The translations under genes and the position numbers were made by a program. 32,000 nucleotides of DNA from Amoeboradix gromovi X-113 (lineage: Eukaryota > Fungi > Sanchytriomycota): the NCBI GenBank assembly GCA_018985225.1, contig JADGIF010000013.1, forward strand, positions 10,433 through 42,432. Reading direction: 5' to 3'. Every line of letters begins with the position of its first letter. Within the stretch, counting starts at the first letter, position 1. The notes below the pieces were generated by a model, which saw only the letters and a program-made list of their open reading frames with translations, ran no database searches and had not been told where the DNA came from. Of the stretch, positions 20,396-28,756 are shown piece by piece.

Positions 20396-21666
20396 CTATT
20401 TTTCATCGATATCTACGTTGAACATAAAATCGAATTCCTGGTCCTTTGGCAAAGGACTTTCAAAACTATGTTTTTCATTCTCATCCTTGATCTCATGAAT
20501 AGCTTGCTCCATTTGCTTCATAAAGTCTAAGTTAATCAAGAAATACATGAATGATACGGTGAGGTTGCAAAAGGTGAATTTGGCATTGGTGACCATGGTG
20601 ATTCAGGTGGAGACGTACCGCCAATTTGGTTGCCTGCGACTTTCAAAGTCTGGGTTTGAATTGGAGGCGGCGCAGTTTTCTTTGAAAAAGACGGCAACGA
20701 GTTTGGTTGCTGCGTATAACTGTTCGGCATGTTAGAGCCCTGTACACTATTACTAATACCAGTCGTAGTAAACGTAGGAGTCGCTTGAACCGGCGAAATA
20801 GCTTTGCTTAGCCAGCTAGAAGGAGTTACACTTAAATAGTCTTCCGCAGTATCTTCAGCGTTGAAGCCGTTTGAGCTGTGCCTAAAGAAGCACGATTCGC
20901 CATAATGGCAGGTGCCTTTCAAGTCAAAGTGGCAGAGAGGTGGCAAGTACTTTTTTGATACCATGGAAGCATGAATAAGCCTACACTCATTTGGAGGTAG
21001 GGAACATAATCCATAGGTCCACTCCTGGCAAACAAACTGAGGCGGCACTTCTTTAACGCGAATACTAGGTACAAGGGAGGAATCTCTGATCATAAATGCC
21101 AAGTATGGCTGATTTGAATGTTGAGACTGCTGCAGCTGACCTATAGATTTCAACACTTGGACAATCGCACCATTTGGTGCGTTTAGTTTAGTACAATAAG
21201 TCTTGTTATACAAATGTTCAAGATCTGTGATTGATATTGCGGTATTTGCAGCGAGTAAATGAGTAACACGTTTAGCAAATGCATCAATATTGGATTGAGG
21301 CTGATCCGGCTTTACTCTCTTATGCCTTTCGACCAGTGTAATGTAGCATTGACTAAGGTGTTCAATACGAAACACCCAGCTGAATTCCTCAAGCCATTCT
21401 ATGAGACTCGTCAAATGACCAAAATGCTGCATCAATTCTAAATCTCCAAACACTTGCTGATACAATTTGAATAAATCTTGACAGTTAACAAACATTCCTT
21501 CTAAATCAGCGAATAATTCCATAACTCGCATTAAAAATTGATAGCGTCTTCCTTTGATTAGATGATTAAATCTGTCGATGTTAATAGGCAAATCAGAAAG
21601 TTTATCTTTTAACAATCGGCGCTTCTTTGTAGGTTGTCCTTTTTTCAACATTGAGGTTTGAGTCAT
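20396..21666 (-). CDS. LOTUS (OST-HTH)-like domain and tandem CCCH zinc-finger protein; exons 21666-20547 and 20526-20396
   Basis: Two LOTUS-like repeats (LFKLYQQVFG..FGHLTSLIEWL; LEHLYNKTYCTKL) and two CCCH fingers (CQEWTYGLCSLPPNECRLIH; CHFDLKGTCHYGESCFFRH). The last exon joins through a 20-nt intron. Confidence 0.75.
20527..20546 (-). other. Predicted 20-nt spliceosomal intron GTATTTCTTGATTAACTTAG
   Basis: GT..AG ends and a TTAAC branch-like motif. It contains the apparent stop of the upstream ORF; removal gives PYHS|YFMKQMEQAIHEIK in frame with ORF 20396-20596. Confidence 0.6.
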
Positions 21667-21867
21667 CTGTACGCTATTTGAACAAAATCGTAACGCGGGA
21701 GACGAATCAAACCTCGTCACACCAGAAAATATTTTCTGGCAATTGGAACGACGATGTTCTACGCAATCCGTGATCTAACACGTAGTTTGGTTGACTATCC
21801 TCATATTGTCACTATTTCTTTTCAACTATTTTTTACTTGTTGCAGTACTATTTTTGTAACCTCCACA

Positions 21868-23577
21868 ATGAGTCCACTAGATTTGATCAAAACTCGCATT
21901 GCACAACATTTAATCAAGCTGTACCCATCTACATCAGAATCTGCTATTATAGAACTACTCGAGGAACCGAAGCATGCCCTTCATGGTGATTTATCTTTAC
22001 CGTGTCCACGTCTAAAGTTGGGCAAACCGATGGATGTAGCTGCCAATATTGCAAAGTATTGTCTTGAAAACCCTATCCCGCACATCTCTAATGTGGGTAC
22101 TAGTGGTCCTTTTATCAATTTTAAAATTGACTCGAAGTGGTACACTTACCAAATCTTCAACCACATTTTATCGAATGCCCAGTTTGGAAGTAACAGCTCT
22201 GGCAACAATAAAACTCGCATTGTCGAGTTTTCTAGTCCTAACATCGCCAAACCCTTTCACGCCGGACACATGCGTGGTACCATAATTGGCAATATCCTCG
22301 GTAATATTTTAAAGCTGAATGGATATAAAGTGATTAAAATGAACTACCTTGGTGACTGGGGTAAGCAGTATGGTTTATTGGCTGTTGGCTACAACCTACT
22401 GGGGAATGAGCAGGATCTGTTAGCTGATCCAATAAAACACCTTTTTGACGTTTATGTGGAAATCAACAAAAAAGCAAAAGACGATGAAGTCATCCATGAA
22501 CAAGCACGTCAATACTTTCGTAAAATGGAAGATGGTGATGTGGATGCACTGGCATTATGGTCCAGATTCAGAGATTTGAGCATCAATATGTACAAAACTG
22601 TTTATAAGCGACTAAATGTTGAGTTTGATGTGTTTAGTGGAGAATCCTTTTACAAAGAAACATCGCTACAGCAGGTACATGATCTAATCAACGACCATCA
22701 ATTGTTGCAGCACGACGATGGAGCGGATGTAATTGATATGACTGACAAGAAATTGGGAGTAGTTGTGTTTAAGAAACGGGATGGTACCACTACTTATATA
22801 TCAAGAGATGTTGCAGCCGCTATAGATAGATATAAAACATTCAAATTTGATAAAATGTATTACGTCATTGGCAGTCAACAAGAACTTCACATGCGCCAGT
22901 TATTCCAGATATTAAAAGATCTGAAGCTGCCGTTTGCTGGTGATTGTGAGCATATCCAATTTGGACTAATACAGGGCATGAGCACAAGAAATGGTGATGT
23001 TGTCTTTCTCAAGGACATATTGGATGCGGTTCAACAAGAGACGCTGCAGGTGATGCGCAACAACGAGAGCAAGTTTAAAGATATTGATGACCCGACTGCA
23101 GTTGCTGACTTTGTAGGACTGAGTGCTATATTGATCCAGGATTTGCAGGCTAGACGCATATTGGGATATACGTTTAACTGGGACAGAATGTTGAGTTTTG
23201 AGGGTAGCACAGGCCCTTATTTACAGTTCACACATGCAAGGCTGTGCTCATTAATGCGGCACTTTAACTACACCGTCGCAGGTGAAGTCAAGGAAATGGA
23301 TTTTACCACGTTGGATGCGGGTGTAATAGACTTGGCTAAGCATTTAATCAAGTATCCAGATGTAATTAAAAGGCTGGCTACTAACTTTGAACCTGTCGGA
23401 CTAGTCAGATATGTGATGGAATTGGCACAACTAGTAGCATCATTGTTGAGTAAACTGATAGTTAGAAATGCAACTGAAGAAGAACAGGAAAAGATGCTGG
23501 TTGCGTTTGGGTGCGCAAAGATTGTGTTAAATAAAGGAATGACAGTCATCGGATTAACACCTGTCGAGAGAATGTGA
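21868..23577 (+). CDS. argS: Arginyl-tRNA synthetase (fungal/RARS2 type)
   Basis: VEFSSPNIAKPFHAGHMRGTIIG, NYLGDWGKQYGLL, KRDGTTTYISRD, GMSTRNG, TGPYLQFTHARL and C-terminal PVERM. An in-frame upstream ATG exists at 21754. Confidence 0.96.
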   Translation: MSPLDLIKTRIAQHLIKLYPSTSESAIIELLEEPKHALHGDLSLPCPRLKLGKPMDVAANIAKYCLENPIPHISNVGTSGPFINFKIDSKWYTYQIFNHILSNAQFGSNSSGNNKTRIVEFSSPNIAKPFHAGHMRGTIIGNILGNILKLNGYKVIKMNYLGDWGKQYGLLAVGYNLLGNEQDLLADPIKHLFDVYVEINKKAKDDEVIHEQARQYFRKMEDGDVDALALWSRFRDLSINMYKTVYKRLNVEFDVFSGESFYKETSLQQVHDLINDHQLLQHDDGADVIDMTDKKLGVVVFKKRDGTTTYISRDVAAAIDRYKTFKFDKMYYVIGSQQELHMRQLFQILKDLKLPFAGDCEHIQFGLIQGMSTRNGDVVFLKDILDAVQQETLQVMRNNESKFKDIDDPTAVADFVGLSAILIQDLQARRILGYTFNWDRMLSFEGSTGPYLQFTHARLCSLMRHFNYTVAGEVKEMDFTTLDAGVIDLAKHLIKYPDVIKRLATNFEPVGLVRYVMELAQLVASLLSKLIVRNATEEEQEKMLVAFGCAKIVLNKGMTVIGLTPVERM

Positions 23578-23661
23578 AATAAATAAACGCAAATGTGCCA
23601 TTAAATCTTTTCCAGCTTATTGAGATCTACTCCTTCTTTGTTAGTCTAATTTATTATACTT

Positions 23662-24100
23662 GTGCTAAATCTAAGCGATACACTTAAATACTTACGATTC
23701 TATTTGAGTAAATCGTCTATTGTGATCACACGATTTTTGTCTTTAATTGTTCTTGCTAGAGTTTTGTTTGTTAAAAAATGTGACATTTTTGCTTCTTGTC
23801 CACGAGAAATGCCCCAAATGATCTTAGGCAGTATACTAGATCTACCACATCACCAAGCGACATAGGATACATTCTTGTACAATCAGAAAATGATCTAAAA
23901 CGAAATTTAAGTTTCAAAGAAATAGGAAGACACCTTTCCAATGTAGTGAAGCATTTGCTAGTTAGACGTGTACAAGGAGTAAACTCTAAAGAAAAACAAT
24001 TTGGAGATATACCGACGCCGAATGAAATAACTAGATCAAAGATTTGAGAAAAAAGGTTACTTAATACCATTTGCTATACATACGATTTTACTTTAAACAA
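23662..24100 (+). pseudogene. Possible degenerate non-LTR reverse-transcriptase relic
   Basis: DTLKYLRFYL (compare KYLG), SLIVLARVLFV and ..LGSILDL occur in the order expected for a LINE RT C-terminal region, but are heavily decayed. Confidence 0.3.
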
Positions 24101-24874
24101 CTGTTGACGAAACATTTTCACCAGACGATGAATAACTTAGAAGGTTCAAAAGAAACCGCTACAATAGATATTTCAAGAACTAGTGTTGTCATAAGTGAGA
24201 TTAAATTTAGTTTTCCATCCCAATTGATAAAATGAATTGAATTTGCAGAGAGTACAGGTTTAGTTTTAACTGCTGTGCCCTAGATTCAAGTCGCAAGCAT
24301 ATACTTTGGCATTGATATTCGTGGTCAATGTTTGTACTTTGTAGATGGCATTTGAATCCTTAGCTGGTCACCTGAGATCAACACAATTCTCCAAGCTGAT
24401 TTCGACATTCGCTACTTTTATTCCATTATCAGAAAACTTATTCATCGACGTACCTTGACTTTTAGGATTACAGCTTCTATGAAACTGGTTCGCAGTTGCA
24501 GAAACATAGCGGGGAAGATTTCGATCGCGACTTCATTGCAATCTTGTAAGTCATGCGTGTTTCGGATTATATTTATAGCGATCACAATCTATAATTAAAT
24601 TGAACAAATAAAAAATAAAAAATAAAAACCCACAAGCATGTTGGAGCATTGAGATGTGGAAGCATCGCCATCATTCGATTCAGACGAAAAATAAATTCCG
24701 TTACTGGCGTAATAAAGATCCCGAAGTATATCGGGTAACATGCGACTTTGATCTGGAGTGGTTATATCAAAGTTGTAGTGTTAGTTTTTGAATTATCGAA
24801 TTACCGATTTATCGAATCGCAGTTAATTTGTAAGGCCGTAGTTCGGATGTAATCCGCATTACGAAACTTGGAGG

Positions 24875-25093
24875 ATGGAAATAGACTCACTACTAAACAA
24901 AGAAGTAAATCTGGAAAAGACACAGAGAAAGGTAAGAGGATACGGTAACAAATTTGACAAAGAGTACAACGATATGTTTATAAAGCATAAAGCTCAAGTA
25001 CCATCAAGCGTGGTAACCAATCTAGCCAAGTCACGAAGACTGGATAGGGAACTTGTAAGGATATGGTTCCATAACCGTAGAACTGTACATTAA
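24875..25093 (+). CDS. Minimal homeodomain-like protein, 72 aa (possibly a pseudogene)
   Basis: LAKSRRLDRELVRIWFHNRR matches the homeodomain helix-3 consensus VxxWFxNRR; helix 1 is divergent. Confidence 0.65.
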   Translation: MEIDSLLNKEVNLEKTQRKVRGYGNKFDKEYNDMFIKHKAQVPSSVVTNLAKSRRLDRELVRIWFHNRRTVH

Positions 25094-25099
25094 ACTAAT

Positions 25100-25780
25100 T
25101 TAGAAAGAACGACAGACATTATTGAAGAAATACAAGTCCTCAGTGTTGAAGCTAAAAAGTGCAATGAGTTCACCATATGAGCTGAATACATTCGAAGAGC
25201 TATCAGCTTATCACATTCATTTGCAGGATGAGTGTAAGAGTTTACTAGATACCCTTGCTTCATTCCAAGAGGGAAACTTTGCATCAATTTAAAATAATAA
25301 ATATCACATCATCTTCCTTCATGTTTACTTGCATTTTGTTGCGACGCGTTCCTGTCCCCTTTGCACATGGTACTGAACGAACAATGTTATGTTGAAATTC
25401 CAAACACATGGGACTCGCTTTGAGATGAGACATGCAATTAGTACTGACCTCATTAAATTGAAATGAGGGGTTTGATTGCACATAATGGGCGTCCCTAAGG
25501 AATAATTGCATCGAATTTCATATTTTGCCCTTCAGGTTTCTTGTAGCTGCTACAATTACTTTTTACATCTTGTTCTGTTTTGGGTAGTTCACAAAGAATA
25601 GGAACATCAAGATTGTTACCATATTTTAATGGCATTCGATCGTAAACTGATTCGTTTGACTATCTCACTCTCAAGAAATGATGCATATTAAATAGCCTGT
25701 TTCTAATTTTATATAACAAAAAGTATTTATTGAGATATGAACAAATTGTCTGAATATCAATGAGGCCCAAATGTCATTGG
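25100..25780 (-). pseudogene. Degenerate non-LTR-like relic
   Basis: RMPLKYGNNLDVPIL (~25638-25594) resembles the LINE P..GGLG.P motif. FPSWNEARVSSK (25276-25241) is shared with 27797-27762. Confidence 0.35.
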
Positions 25781-26526
25781 ATGTCTCATATCGATTCGCA
25801 ATAGAATCAAATTTGGTATACTAAAAATAGTCACTGATACGTTTCATTAAGTTTGATCGAATCGCCTAGGTTAATGGGAAGATCTGAAACAATCAGAGTT
25901 CACATTTATCAAGTGCAGATAATTTGAGTAGATACCATTTAAGCATATTTTTGCATGAGTTCATATCTCTATGGTGTTCGCAACCACGATTACAGCATTT
26001 GAATTGTCTCGAATGTATGCTTTCTCTCAATTAGTGATGTATATAACACCCAATGGTCGAATTCTCTAATGACTGTAGCAATTCTAATGAATTTCGACTT
26101 CCCTTCATTTTGCAAAATGTCATTGAGTTATGTTTCTTTGACTCCAAATTAATTTTTTGTAAGACACGTGATAAGAAATTTTGGAAAGAATTATTAGAAT
26201 GGATAGCGACACTGGTATTTTTCAAAGTTACATGGACTAATTGAAATGAAGCTGAGGCATAAGATACTTTATATGAAAAAGACTATGAAAAGGTTATTGC
26301 GCTAGAACAAAGTCGCGAAGAATTTGAGTCCTCCATGGGAACAAAGAGTCTTGCAGCAAACGATGTTTTCTTGAATAAATCATTTATCGCGAATTTGTAT
26401 GCATTTTTGTATAATTTCGTGACTTTTCCAGATTTTTCTAATAGCTTAAATACTCGATATTCTTCCTTTTCGCAAGTGTAAATCAATTTTAAAAAAAACA
26501 ACTAACAGGTACAGCATACAAAGACA

Positions 26527-26942
26527 CATGATCTTATATACTTGCCATCGTTAAATACTAGTCAAATGATAAGTAGCTTGTCGAGTAAGTCGCAAGAAAT
26601 ATGGCTACAATGTCCCATTACGCATTCAAGGAACGCTTGAAGTTCAAGTGCAAACAAAGAGGAAAGACGATAATCGAATGTAATGAATCATTTACTAGTC
26701 AGACATGTACAAGGTGTGGTACTCTGAACAAAACCAGCTTAGAAACCTACACCTGTACCAATTGTCATTTGAAGATAGACAGAGATCACATGGCAGCAAG
26801 GAACAAATACATCAAATATATCCATCCTTATTCAATCCCGCCTCGGTATACTGAAAGCATGAGCAATTACTGTAACGGAGTATCTAGCATTGCTAGTTTC
26901 TCTGTGGAAATTCTCGATTTTCTCGGAAATCAGGACTTTTAA
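26527..26942 (+). pseudogene. tnpB: Fanzor2/TnpB nuclease C-terminal fragment (RuvC-II, Zn finger, RuvC-III), one frameshift
   Basis: HDLIYLPSLNTSQMISSLSSK / (frameshift) ARNMATMSHYAFKERLKFKC...IECNESFTSQTCTRCG..YTCTNCHLKIDRDHMAARN. Shows a CxxC..CxxC ribbon, the DRD..AARN motif, and Pro at the canonical RuvC-II Glu position with Glu in NESFTS, the rearranged active site characteristic of Fanzors. Confidence 0.9.
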
Positions 26943-26949
26943 CGAGGAG
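26825..26949 (+). ncRNA. Predicted omegaRNA scaffold, copy F (equivalents: 12518-12636 +, 14026-13903 -, 16412-16535 +)
   Basis: Conserved block overlapping the last ~39 codons of the Fanzor frame, with hairpins ACGGAG-tat-CTAGC(att)GCTAG-ttt-CTCTGT and GATTTT(CTCG)GAAATC. Confidence 0.62.
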
Positions 26950-26952
26950 TCA

Positions 26953-27020
26953 ACATCTGGGACATCAAATATAGAAACTAGACTAACTTTCTGAGATAGT
27001 TTGAATCATTATATCAAGTG
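26953..27020 (+). repeat. Fragment of the second (LINE-like) repeat family abutting the Fanzor right end
   Basis: TGGGACATCAAATATAGAAACTAGACTAACTTTCTG is near-identical to 15955-15990 and 31843-31877. Confidence 0.75.
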
Positions 27021-27199
27021 CGTGTTAACCGATAATAAATTAAATTAAATTAATCTGACTGGTTGCACCTTTTGCTTAGACACTCAAAGACCTTACTTGA
27101 AAGAGCGTGGGTCATCTTGTTTTATTTTAAAGAGAGGAATGATGTTGATGAAAGAAGGCCTTTTATTAATAATAGTATTTGCTCCTTATGGAGCACCTC

Positions 27200-27850
27200 C
27201 TTTAAAAACGACTTGGTCTAGTTTTTATATTTGGTGCTCCAAATAGTATAATACCCAACAAATTCCTCCACAATAACTTTACACTGGGATTATCTTTGAA
27301 CGATACTGACAGGATGATGTCAACCTGATTTGTTAAGATGCTGTTGCATCCCAAACGGTGGCATAGGGGCCATATGTTTTTGTTTCATCAAAGCATGTTG
27401 AATTGGTTTTCGTATTTCTGGACTGAATTAAAAGCCCTTTCCAGAATCAGTCATTGATCTACTTTTAATTGTCTGGATACCATTTGTCATAGTATTGACA
27501 CAGGATCCAAAGGAGGCATGACAGATAAGCATTAATCAAGACTGTTAATCAGCTAGGCCATTTTGAAACAGATGTTGCCAGTTCACTTTTCATATTGAGA
27601 AAAGGCTTAATGGCATATTATGCGACTGACACATGTTTCCAGGTGCTCCTCCGACTTGAAGTTGGGACCCATTCAAAACTTTTAAGATAATCTGGTGATC
27701 ATAGAGCGAGTACCACTTTCCGATTTGGTTGCCTTCGCGATAGCAAATTGGGCTCCGAAACTTTACTTAGTACCCTTGCTTCGTTGCATGAGGGAAATAA
27801 TTTAACATTTGCAACAACAAATACCGTGTAATCAGCAGTCATTCTTCTAT
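27200..27850 (-). pseudogene. Degenerate non-LTR-like relic with a zf-RVT-like segment
   Basis: Minus strand carries, in order, FPSCNEARVLSK, FWKGLL, PLCHRLGC..DIILSV and GICWVLYY/IWSTKYKN*T. This links the two shared motifs seen at 25241 and 15958/31846 into one family. Confidence 0.4.
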
Positions 27851-28014
27851 GCTTTGTTTCCTTTATGAAATAACACGTTTTTATCTCCTATGGTTATCGT
27901 ACTGAACGAAGGATGATATGGCGATATGTTAATCACATGGGCAAAACAAGTCGATATGATTGGTTAGCTCTCGTGAAAATAAATCGGGTTCCATTATAAT
28001 TGAAACAATCGCAC

Positions 28015-28645
28015 ATGATGAAAAAAGTGTATGTTATCTACTATTCAACCCATGGACATATGGCCAAAATGGCAAAAGCAGTGAAGGCAGGATTGGAGAA
28101 AAACGGTGTAAATGTCGTTCTAGGGCAAATCGCAGAGACATTACCTGAAGAAGTCTTGGTCAAGATGCATGCAGTACCAAAAGACACCTCAGTGCCTGTC
28201 TTGGAACCAAGTGACATCAAAGATGCGGATGGTATCCTATTTGGCGTACCTACCCGATATGGAAATTCTCCTGCTCAAGTCCGAGCATGGTTTGATAAGT
28301 CTGGTGGTATCTGGGCTACCCAAGGATGGAAGCACATTCCAGCCGGGGTATTTGTAGGTACTGCCACAGCGCATGGTGGTCAAGAAACCACTGTTATGAC
28401 TTTTATCACCCAATTGATACACCATGGTATGCCTTTTGTACCTTTGGGATATGGGCATGAATTATTAGGACAGGTAACTGAAGTAATGGGAGGAGGGTAA
28501 TTAATAATAATTTAGTCCGTATGGAGCTGGAACCATTACAGGAAATGGTGCGAAAGATGTAACGCCAAATGAACTCAAACTTGCAGAGTATCAAGGTGAA
28601 CAATTTGCAAACTTTGTAAAGACTATTAATAAGGAAAATAAATGA
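28015..28645 (+). CDS. wrbA: Flavodoxin-like NAD(P)H:quinone oxidoreductase, WrbA/Pst2 family; exons 28015-28496 and 28516-28645
   Basis: VIYYSTHGH, ETLPEEVL, ADGILFGVPTRYG, HGGQETT and HHGMPFVPLG. After the intron: GGGPYGAGTITGNG...ELKLAEYQGEQF, the conserved family C-terminus. Confidence 0.93.
28497..28515 (+). other. Predicted 19-nt spliceosomal intron GTAATTAATAATAATTTAG
   Basis: GT..AG ends, extremely AT-rich, contains in-frame stops. Removal restores EVMGG-G-PYGAGT, matching the WrbA EVxGG(S)PxGAG motif with no gap. Confidence 0.88.
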
Positions 28646-28756
28646 ATCTGTCTCTAAAATATGAGATTTTTGGTAATTTAGCTACTTGAGGTCGTGTAAT
28701 GTGACCGGGACGTGCTTGGCTTGAGGTCAAAAACAAATAAAAAGAGACGCCATTAA

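Larger units (their letters stand above)
26327..26949 (+). mobile_element. Non-autonomous IS607/Fanzor2 element, copy F (longest Fanzor remnant)
   Basis: 26370-26520 aligns with the left-end and TnpA-start region of copy A (TTGAATAAATCATTTATC...GACTTTTCCAGATTTT...GATATTCTTCCTTTTC). It then jumps to the Fanzor C-terminal half and the right end ...GGACTTTTAACGAGGAG. Left boundary approximate. Confidence 0.88.

Noticed and set aside
24780-24870. Short palindromic or hairpin-like stretch as a tRNA or other ncRNA
   Set aside because: No cloverleaf with a proper T-arm and acceptor stem could be built.
26527-26942. Functional Fanzor nuclease gene in this window
   Set aside because: It lacks the REC/WED regions and RuvC-I and has a frameshift near 26590; only a relic.
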